A DNA stretch of 64,000 nucleotides from an uncultured Planctomycetaceae bacterium (lineage in GTDB: Bacteria > Planctomycetota > Phycisphaerae > Sedimentisphaerales > UBA12454): the NCBI GenBank assembly GCA_964449435.1, contig CAYUYR010000010.1, forward strand, positions 3,064-67,063. Reading direction: 5' to 3'. Positions 45,151-53,408 of this stretch are shown piece after piece. Made by a program: the position numbers and the translations under genes. How positions within the stretch are numbered: position 1 is the stretch's first letter; every line of letters starts with the position of its first letter. The notes beneath the pieces are model-generated. The model worked only from the letters and a program-made list of their open reading frames with translations. It did no database searches and had not been told where the DNA came from.

Positions 45151-46575
45151 TTAGCTTTTACTTTTTAGCCAGTTATTAATGCTTGCAGCGGCTTGGCGTC
45201 CGCTGTCAATTGCCCGAACGACCAATGACGCTCCGTTAACTGTATCACCGGCGGCAAATACCGCAGGCTGGCTTGTTTGGCAGTTTTCTACCGCCACATT
45301 TCCCGACTCATCGAGTTTCAATCCTAATTCTTTTACAAGACCGTTATGCAATACATGAAGAAACCCTGTTGCCAGCAGTACTATATCAGCACCAAGAGCA
45401 AATTCGCTGCCAGGCAGTTCTTTAAACTTCCAGGCACCATCTTTCTGAAACCACTCAACTCGGCAGCAATGCAACTGGGCAACTCTGGTTTCTACACCTG
45501 AAAATTTTTTGGTCATTACAGACCATTGCCTATTGCAGCCTTCTTCATGCGAAGATGAAGTTCTCATAATTCTCGGCCACATGGGCCAGGGCGTATCTGG
45601 CGGCCGAGTTTCCGGCGGCTTGGGCAGAATTTCCAGTTGGTGAATCTCTTTGGCTCCTTGCCTTTTAGCCGTCCCGACACAGTCACTTCCTGTGTCGCCG
45701 CCGCCTATCACGACTACCGCTTTGTTCTTTGCTGTGATTATTGTGGATTCATCTACAGGTTCGTTATTGCAAAGTTTGTTTTGTGCTTTCAAATAGTCCA
45801 TCGCAAACAGGATGTTTTCGTACCCTCTGCCGACTATGTTGAGGTCCCGAGGTTGACCTGCACCCATTGTCAGGCAGATGCAATCAAACATTTTTTTTAG
45901 ATACCTTGCGGAAATATCCTCTCCGACACAGACGGCCGTTTGAAACTCGACACCTTCGGCTGTTAACTGCTTTAATCTGCGGTCGATAATACTTTTTGCA
46001 AGTTTAAAATCAGGAATACCATATCGCAATAAACCTCCGATGTGTTCATCTTTTTCAAAGACAATCACGCTGTGTCCGGCTCGTGCCAATTGTTGAGCAG
46101 CTGCCAAACCAGCAGGCCCTGAACCAATTACTGCTACTCGTTTTCCGGTTTTTTGTTTAGCAGGTAATGGTTTGATACAGCCTTCTTTGAAGCCGCGTTC
46201 AACGATTTGAAACTCAATGTGTCTAATCAACACAGGCTCGTCGTTAATAGAAAGCGTACACGCAGCTTCACAGGGAGCCGGGCATACTCGGCCTGTGATT
46301 TCAGGAAAATTGTTAGTCAAATGAAGCATCTGGCAGGCTTGTTCCCATTTGCCTTTATACACAAGTTCGTTTATGTCAGGTATGAAATTTTTAAGCGGAC
46401 AGCCTACACTATGGCAAAACGGTATTCCACAATCCATACACCTTGCTGTCTGCTGATGAATTTGCTCAGGAGTAAGCGGCAGGTCAAGCTCGGCAAAATC
46501 ATGTATTCTTTCCTCGACTATCCGATGACCGACTTCCTGACGTCTATATTTCAAAAACCCTTTTACCTCGCCCAT
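45151..46575 (-). CDS. gltD: Glutamate synthase small subunit
   Basis: 474 aa with an Fe-S Cys cluster (CMDCGIPFC...) and the dinucleotide folds VAVIGSGPAGLAAA and VVIGGGDTGSDC. Confidence 0.95.
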   Translation of the reverse strand: MGEVKGFLKYRRQEVGHRIVEERIHDFAELDLPLTPEQIHQQTARCMDCGIPFCHSVGCPLKNFIPDINELVYKGKWEQACQMLHLTNNFPEITGRVCPAPCEAACTLSINDEPVLIRHIEFQIVERGFKEGCIKPLPAKQKTGKRVAVIGSGPAGLAAAQQLARAGHSVIVFEKDEHIGGLLRYGIPDFKLAKSIIDRRLKQLTAEGVEFQTAVCVGEDISARYLKKMFDCICLTMGAGQPRDLNIVGRGYENILFAMDYLKAQNKLCNNEPVDESTIITAKNKAVVVIGGGDTGSDCVGTAKRQGAKEIHQLEILPKPPETRPPDTPWPMWPRIMRTSSSHEEGCNRQWSVMTKKFSGVETRVAQLHCCRVEWFQKDGAWKFKELPGSEFALGADIVLLATGFLHVLHNGLVKELGLKLDESGNVAVENCQTSQPAVFAAGDTVNGASLVVRAIDSGRQAAASINNWLKSKS

Positions 46576-49500
46576 TGAAACACCTCTTCAGTTGCAGGTA
46601 TTGTTTCCGTATCTCGCTGTTGGGCTGCACGCATCTTTTTCAGTACCTTGCGGTAATCTATCGGGACAACCTTTACAAATTTCCCTACCATATCAGGCCA
46701 TACGTCCAGTAGATATTGTGCACGGTTGCTTCCGGTCCACTTAAGATGCTGCCGGATCAAATCGTGCAGTAAATTTTTGTCTTCTTCTTTCCATACGCTC
46801 TCCAGCTCGACCATATCAAGGTTGCACATCGTATCAAACAACTGCGCTTCATCAAGCACATAAGCAATACCGCCGCTCATACCTGCTGCAAAATTGCATC
46901 CGGTTTTACCAAGAACAACAACTAATCCACTTGTCATATACTCACAACAATGGTCACCAACTCCCTCGGCAACAGCGGTTGCTCCGCTATTTCTCACACA
47001 GAATCGCTCCCCTGTCATCCCATTTATAAAAACTTCACCTGATGTAGCTCCGTAAAGCACAGTATTACCTACAATGATATTTTCATGGCTGATAAACGGT
47101 GAACCTTCTGGTGTTTTGACGATAATTCGTCCGCCGGAAAGACTTTTACCCAGATAGTCATTACTTTCACCGATCAGCTTCAAGGTTACACCTGGCGCCA
47201 GGAACGCACCAAAGCTTTGGCCTGCTGAGCCTTGCAAAACAATTTGCAGCATGTCATCAGGTAATCCTTTTTCACCATATTTACTTATTATTCGATTACT
47301 CAAAATTGCACCGACAGTCCGATTTATGTTGCGAATCGGCATCTCTATAACGGTTCGCTCCTGCTGCTCAATTGCAGGTTTGCCCTTTTCTAATATCTGC
47401 CAGTCAAGATGGTCACCAAGCTTGTCGGCTTGTAAATTAATATACCTTTTGCCATTTCCATTAGAGACCTCTGGCTGATGGAAAATAGCTGAAAAATCCA
47501 ATCCCTTTGCTTTCCAGTGGTCAATCGCTTTACGGGTTTGGATTTTGTCCACTCTGCCAACCATGTCCTCGAATTTCCTAAATCCGAGTTGTGCCATAAT
47601 CTGACGAACTTCCTCTGCCACAAAATACATAAATCTCTCAATATATTCCGGCTCTCCAGCAAAACGTTTCCTCAGTTCCGGATCCTGGGTACCGATTCCG
47701 AAAGGACAGGCTCCTTCGTGGCATTTACGCAATAATGTACAGCCGAGTGCCACCAAAGCAGCTGTGCCAAAACCAAATTGTTCTGCTCCCAGCAATGCTG
47801 CTATAACAACATCTCTGCCGGTTTTGAGCTGGCCGTCAGTCTGAACACGGATTCGGTCTCGCAGATTGTTCATTACCAGAACTTGCTGAGTCTCAGCTAA
47901 TCCCAGTTCCCACGGACAGCCGGTGTGTTTGATTGACGAAAGCGGACTTGCACCGGTACCGCCGTCATGGCCGCTGATGAGCACCTCATCGGCATTACCC
48001 TTGGCAACACCGGCAGCGATTGTGCCGACTCCTACCTCGGCAACGAGCTTGACGGAAACTTTTGCTCCCGGATTGCTGCACTTGAGGTCATATATCAACT
48101 GCGCCAGATCTTCAATCGAATATATATCATGATGCGGAGGCGGTGAAATAAGAGTTACACCCGGCGTTGAATATCTCATTTTCGCGATTTCTTCAGTTAC
48201 TTTGTGCCCTGGCAATTGGCCGCCTTCGCCTGGTTTTGCGCCCTGAGCTATTTTTATCTGAAGCTCTTTTGCGTGAGCCAGATAATTAATTGTTACACCA
48301 AACCTTCCACTGGCAACCTGTTTGATAGCACAGTTTTTTGAATCGCCGTTAGCTTCAGGTATGTAACGAGACGGTTCTTCGCCGCCCTCTCCTGTATTAC
48401 TCATTGCTCCTATACGATTCATGGCAATTGCCAGACATTCATGTGCTTCTTTGCTGATCGAGCCGTGACTCATCGCACCGGTGCAAAATCTTTTGACGAT
48501 TTCGCCGGCAGATTCTACTTGTTCAATTGGTATTGGTTTACTATCAACAAATGCAAAAAGTCCGCGTAAAGTGTACAGCTTTTTAGCCTGCTGATTTACC
48601 GCCTTGGCGTAATCATCATAAGCTTGACTGTCTGCGTATTTAACCGCATGCTGCAGCCGTGCTATCGTTGTAGGATTCCAAAGATGCTGCTCACCATTAT
48701 GTCTGAAATGATATTCACCACCAAAATCTAACTCAAGCACCCCCAAGGGGCGCTGCTCGAAAGCGGTTTTATGACGAAAAACCGCTTCTTGTGCTATTTC
48801 TGTAAGACCAATTCCGCCAATCCGTGAACTTGTACCGGTAAAGTACTCATCTACCAGAGAACGATTTAAGCCGATAGCCTCAAATAACTGAGCACCGGTA
48901 TAACTTCGCAGCGTTGAAATCCCCATCTTGCTTATTGTCTTTAGAATACCTTTTTTGACCGCAGCAATATAGTTGTCCGCTATCTGCGAGGATTCTATCT
49001 CTTTAGGAAGCCGGCCTTCTTGTTGAAGACAGTCAACTGTTTCAAATGCCAGATAGGGATTTATCGCGTTAGCACCAAAGCCGCATAAAAGGCAAAAATG
49101 CATTACCTCTCTGGGCTCGGCACTTTCAACAACCAATCCTGCTTCGCCGCGAAGACCACAATTAAGCAGCCCGTGATGAACCGCAGCCGTTGCCAGAAGC
49201 GATGGAATCGGAGCCTTTGTCTGTGAAGCCTGGCGGTCACTGATTACTATTAATGAAGCACCATCTTCGATAGCCTGTTGGGCAGAATCGACAAGTTCGC
49301 TTATAGCCTGTCGCAAACCGCTGCCAACATCAGCAACATTAATATCGAATACCGATGAGATGGTAACCACTTTAAGATCTTCCCTTTTCGCGGTACGCAG
49401 CCGTTCAACATCTTCATTGGTCAGGATTGGATGTGGCAGTTTCAACTGTCGGCAGTGCTCAGGCGTTTCCGTAAGGATATTTGGCTTTTTGCCAACAAAA

Positions 49501-51146
49501 TTCATCAGGCTCATAACCCTACCTTCACGAAGAGGGTCTATTGCAGGATTTGTAACCTGGGCAAAGAGCTGTTTGAAATAGTTAAACAGTAGTTTCGGCT
49601 TATCAGAAAGCACCGCTAAAGGTGTATCGTTACCCATAGACCCGACCGGTTCCTGAGCGTTTAAGGCCATCGGCAGCAAAATCATTTTAAACTCTTCACG
49701 GGTATAGCCAAACAATCGCAGCCTCTGAGCTAACGTATCTGCTTCAGTATGTACCTGTTTTGGCACATCAAATAGACCGCGGAGCTCGATTTTATTCTGG
49801 TCAAGCCATCTGCGATAAGGTCTCTGGCGAGCAATCTTGCTTTTTATCTCATTATCGGAAATTATCCGACCCTCAACCGTATCAACAAGAAACATATGAC
49901 CAGGTTGCAGACGTCCTTTCTGTCGGATTTTTTCCGGCGGGAACTGTACAACGCCGGCTTCACTGGCCATCACAAACAAACCATCAGTTGTTACAAGCCA
50001 GCGACAGGGTCTTAGGCCATTGCGGTCGAGTGTTCCGCCTACAATCCTACCATCGGTAAATACCATCGCAGCAGGACCATCCCAAGGCTCCATTATAGAA
50101 GCGTGATATTCGTAAAACGCACGTTTGTCAGTACTGATATGGTAACTTGCACCAAATGCTTCGGGAATCATCATCATTATCGAATGAGGTATGCTCCTGC
50201 CGGCACGAACCAGTAATTCAAGTACATTATCAAAACAAGCAGAGTCACTTGCCTCAGGAGTCAATATCGGCAGCACGTCGCTAATATTGTCCCCAAAAGC
50301 CTGGCAGGACATCTTCATCTGCCGAGCCTGCATCCAGTTGCGATTACCACTTAATGTATTTATCTCTCCGTTATGAGCTACACACCGCAGCGGCTGGGCA
50401 AGCTGCCAGCTTGGGAATGTATTAGTGCTGTACCGCTGATGAACAATGGCAAGGGCAGAAATCAGGCGTTCATCTGCAAGGTCAGGATAATAGGAAAACA
50501 ACTGCCAGGCCATAAACATTCCCTTGTAACAGATAGTTCGACAAGACAATGATGACACATAGAAATCATTACCTTCCTGGCCAAATTGCTTCCTGACAAG
50601 TTTTTCAGCTCGTTTGCGAGCCAAATATAATAATCCTTCCAGTTGTTCACCTTCAAACCCTGCACCATCGACAAATATCTGTCTTATTGTCGGCTCAGAC
50701 GCCAAAGCTATTTTGCCTAAGCAATCATTTGAAGTTGGTACACTGCGCCAACCCAATATTTTCATACCATAGTGTTTGACGGAATCCTCAAGAATCTTAT
50801 TGCATTTTTTGTTCAGTTCTTCATTCTGCGAACCAAATACCATGCCAACACCATATTTAGAAGCCGGTGGCAAAGAAAAACCTAACCTTTCGCATTCAGC
50901 GGAGAAAAACTCATGCGGAATCTGAAATAAGATGCCGGCCCCGTCACCCGTAACCTCATCGGCACCGGCTGCTCCGCGATGATGCAGATTAACCAGTATT
51001 TCCTTGCCGTACTCGATAATAGAGTGGTTGCGTTGGCCGTTAATATTTACAACTGCACCGATACCACAACCGTCATGCTCACGGCGAGACTCATACAGTC
51101 CGGCATCTTTACTATTGACCATTGAATAATTTCCTAAATGTTTCAT
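46563..51146 (-). CDS. gltB: Glutamate synthase large subunit
   Basis: 1527 aa with the Ntn amidotransferase Cys in HDGCGIGAVV, FMN/Fe-S central domains, and a C-terminal GXGXG beta-helix domain. It overlaps gltD by 13 nt. Confidence 0.97.
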   Translation of the reverse strand: MKHLGNYSMVNSKDAGLYESRREHDGCGIGAVVNINGQRNHSIIEYGKEILVNLHHRGAAGADEVTGDGAGILFQIPHEFFSAECERLGFSLPPASKYGVGMVFGSQNEELNKKCNKILEDSVKHYGMKILGWRSVPTSNDCLGKIALASEPTIRQIFVDGAGFEGEQLEGLLYLARKRAEKLVRKQFGQEGNDFYVSSLSCRTICYKGMFMAWQLFSYYPDLADERLISALAIVHQRYSTNTFPSWQLAQPLRCVAHNGEINTLSGNRNWMQARQMKMSCQAFGDNISDVLPILTPEASDSACFDNVLELLVRAGRSIPHSIMMMIPEAFGASYHISTDKRAFYEYHASIMEPWDGPAAMVFTDGRIVGGTLDRNGLRPCRWLVTTDGLFVMASEAGVVQFPPEKIRQKGRLQPGHMFLVDTVEGRIISDNEIKSKIARQRPYRRWLDQNKIELRGLFDVPKQVHTEADTLAQRLRLFGYTREEFKMILLPMALNAQEPVGSMGNDTPLAVLSDKPKLLFNYFKQLFAQVTNPAIDPLREGRVMSLMNFVGKKPNILTETPEHCRQLKLPHPILTNEDVERLRTAKREDLKVVTISSVFDINVADVGSGLRQAISELVDSAQQAIEDGASLIVISDRQASQTKAPIPSLLATAAVHHGLLNCGLRGEAGLVVESAEPREVMHFCLLCGFGANAINPYLAFETVDCLQQEGRLPKEIESSQIADNYIAAVKKGILKTISKMGISTLRSYTGAQLFEAIGLNRSLVDEYFTGTSSRIGGIGLTEIAQEAVFRHKTAFEQRPLGVLELDFGGEYHFRHNGEQHLWNPTTIARLQHAVKYADSQAYDDYAKAVNQQAKKLYTLRGLFAFVDSKPIPIEQVESAGEIVKRFCTGAMSHGSISKEAHECLAIAMNRIGAMSNTGEGGEEPSRYIPEANGDSKNCAIKQVASGRFGVTINYLAHAKELQIKIAQGAKPGEGGQLPGHKVTEEIAKMRYSTPGVTLISPPPHHDIYSIEDLAQLIYDLKCSNPGAKVSVKLVAEVGVGTIAAGVAKGNADEVLISGHDGGTGASPLSSIKHTGCPWELGLAETQQVLVMNNLRDRIRVQTDGQLKTGRDVVIAALLGAEQFGFGTAALVALGCTLLRKCHEGACPFGIGTQDPELRKRFAGEPEYIERFMYFVAEEVRQIMAQLGFRKFEDMVGRVDKIQTRKAIDHWKAKGLDFSAIFHQPEVSNGNGKRYINLQADKLGDHLDWQILEKGKPAIEQQERTVIEMPIRNINRTVGAILSNRIISKYGEKGLPDDMLQIVLQGSAGQSFGAFLAPGVTLKLIGESNDYLGKSLSGGRIIVKTPEGSPFISHENIIVGNTVLYGATSGEVFINGMTGERFCVRNSGATAVAEGVGDHCCEYMTSGLVVVLGKTGCNFAAGMSGGIAYVLDEAQLFDTMCNLDMVELESVWKEEDKNLLHDLIRQHLKWTGSNRAQYLLDVWPDMVGKFVKVVPIDYRKVLKKMRAAQQRDTETIPATEEVFQWAR

Positions 51147-51490
51147 AAATGAAGTTTTGCATGTTTGAAGAACAAACGCAACAAAGATTGCTTATATCGG
51201 CTTTTTCGCAACGACTTGCGAACGGCTTTGTCTCATCGGCGGTAATGTTATTATCAAACAACTTGAAATAAAGTCCCATGCGCCGACGTATCGGCGAAGC
51301 GGTAACGGCATCATTAGCTTCAGGGAAAGCGCTGGATGAGATAACGTCGGCTCAGAATGAATGCCCCCGACGCAAAAGAAGCAAGCCGAGGCCAAAACGA
51401 CAAAATCCAGAATCAGACATCTAACCTTTATCTTAAAAAATCCTTTCCGCTCAAGCTCAACAATCATTGCACTATACATAGCAACTAATG

Positions 51491-51506
51491 AGCAATCGCC
51501 GTGCCA
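51491..51506 (-). promoter_or_regulatory. Sigma-54 (-24/-12) promoter facing gltB
   Basis: The reverse strand reads TGGCACGGCGATTGCT, matching the consensus TGGCACG-N4-TTGCW with exact spacing. It lies about 345 nt upstream of the gltB ATG and is divergent from a sigma-54 activator gene. Confidence 0.7.
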
Positions 51507-51534
51507 GAATAGCCATTAAGCTGTAAGTCTTTAT

Positions 51535-51550
51535 TGTACATAGTGATACA
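51535..51550. promoter_or_regulatory. TGT-N10-ACA motif (NifA-type UAS candidate)
   Basis: tgtacatagtgataca, about 30-45 bp upstream of the -24 element. Only six bases are specified, so a chance match is possible, and the spacing is short for a UAS. Confidence 0.3.
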
Positions 51551-51827
51551 TAGCTTCTCTGGTCATAAAATAGTAAACGGAAAGAGACAATCTTGTAACT
51601 TGTCGCAAAAGTATGACATATTTGTTCCTTGCTTTCGAGCAAATGGCCTATATGATTAGATTTCTTTTTACTGGACACCTTGTCAGCAAATAGCCATAAT
51701 ACCTTGATATTGAAAGAGTTATGATTATGTGTGCTTTGCTTATGATTTTTATTAGAAGAAATACCTTGTGATACGGTTATGCTGTGTTACAATTATGTCG
51801 TATTAATAAATAACAAAGGATTTTGAA

Positions 51828-53405
51828 ATGGCCAAGAAAACGACATTTTTGCAAGGTGCTGGAACATATACTATAAGCCCCGTGCCACAGCTTGAAACCC
51901 TCTATAAGGTTAGTCAAACATTAGCTGCCGGCACACGCCAGCAAGAAGCCCTTGCGGCGGTTCTGGATATGCTGGACAAAGACCTTGGTCTGGCCAGAGG
52001 TACAATCACAATTCTTTCGCTGGATGGTAACGAGATTAGAATTGAAGCTGCTCATAACCTTTCGCCCGAGCAAAGCCGAAGAATTACATATCGGATCGGA
52101 GAAGGTGTAACAGGCAGGGTTATGCAGACCGGCAAGCCAATGATTGTTCCCAAAGTTTCCCAGGAACCACTGTTTTTGAATCGCTTTGAAAGGTGGAATG
52201 TTACCAAGCAGGACTTAAGCTTTATTTGTGTTCCCATTTCAATTAACAATGACGTGATTGGAACGATATCTGTTGATAGACCCTTTGAAGAAACAGCTTC
52301 ACTTGACGAGGAAATGAGGATACTAAGCATTGTGGCAAGTATGATAGCAAACGATTTAAGATCTCGCCGCGAAGCCGGGATTGAACGACAGGCACTTGAA
52401 GATGAGAATTTACAATTACGTCATGAATTGGAGGGAAGGTTTCGCCCCGAAAATATAATTGGTAATTCCAATGCTATGCGTGATGTGTATCGTCAAATCC
52501 ATCAGGTTGCCGCTTCCAACACAACGGTGCTTATACGCGGCGAATCAGGCACAGGAAAGGAACTGGTTGCTCATGCTATTCATTTTTCCAGCCCGAGTAG
52601 TGATGGGCCTTTTGTGAAGATTAACTGTGCCGCTCTGAATGAAAACCTGCTCGAAAGCGAGTTATTCGGCCATGAAAAAGGTGCTTTTACCGGAGCAATA
52701 CAAACTCGAAAAGGTCGGCTTGAAGAAGCAAACGACGGTACCATATTCCTTGACGAAATAGGTGATTTTCCCCCCGTTATTCAGGTAAAACTGCTTCGCG
52801 TTCTCCAGGAAAAGGAGTTTGAACGAGTCGGAAGTAACCGGACGTTAAAAACAAATGCCAGAATTATCACGGCTACGAACCGTGACTTGGAAAAAGCAGT
52901 GGACAAAGGAAGTTTCCGACATGACCTTTATTATCGAATAAATGTGTTTCCAATCCTGCTGCCGCCGCTGCGTAATCGTAAGGATGACATCCTGCTGTTA
53001 GCTGACTTTTTTGCAGAACAATACTCAAAAAAGATGAACAAAGACATTCTGCGAATCAGCACACCTGCAATCAATATGATGGTCTCGTATCATTGGCCGG
53101 GGAATGTGCGGGAGCTTGAAAACTGTATCGAAAGAGCAGTACTCTTAAGCAGTGACGGTGTTATCCACGGACATCACCTACCCCCAACTTTGCAGACCTC
53201 GGATGCAACAGGTACAGTTGGAACCGGCTCGTTAACTGAAAGGATTAATTTGTTTGAACGCGACCTGATTATTGACGCACTTAAACGCTGCAATGGCAAT
53301 CTGGCGGCAACGGCCCGGGATATAAAAACTACGGCGAGGATCATACGGTATAAAGTCAAAGAATTAGGTATCGATTATAGAAGATACTATAAAAAGAAAG
53401 GTTGA
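51828..53405 (+). CDS. Sigma-54-dependent transcriptional activator, GAF-AAA+-HTH (NifA-like architecture)
   Basis: 525 aa with an N-terminal GAF-like domain, Walker A GESGTGKE, the sigma-54 contact loop [15 protein letters not shown], and a C-terminal Fis-type [23 protein letters not shown]. Confidence 0.93.
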   Translation: MAKKTTFLQGAGTYTISPVPQLETLYKVSQTLAAGTRQQEALAAVLDMLDKDLGLARGTITILSLDGNEIRIEAAHNLSPEQSRRITYRIGEGVTGRVMQTGKPMIVPKVSQEPLFLNRFERWNVTKQDLSFICVPISINNDVIGTISVDRPFEETASLDEEMRILSIVASMIANDLRSRREAGIERQALEDENLQLRHELEGRFRPENIIGNSNAMRDVYRQIHQVAASNTTVLIRGESGTGKELVAHAIHFSSPSSDGPFVKINCAALNENLLESELFGHEKGAFTGAIQTRKGRLEEANDGTIFLDEIGDFPPVIQVKLLRVLQEKEFERVGSNRTLKTNARIITATNRDLEKAVDKGSFRHDLYYRINVFPILLPPLRNRKDDILLLADFFAEQYSKKMNKDILRISTPAINMMVSYHWPGNVRELENCIERAVLLSSDGVIHGHHLPPTLQTSDATGTVGTGSLTERINLFERDLIIDALKRCNGNLAATARDIKTTARIIRYKVKELGIDYRRYYKKKG

Positions 53406-53408
53406 TTT

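Noticed and set aside
51192-51479. 95-aa minus-strand ORF in the gltB leader
   Set aside because: It has no RBS, an odd composition, and lies between the sigma-54 promoter and gltB. It is more likely untranslated leader. I left it unannotated.
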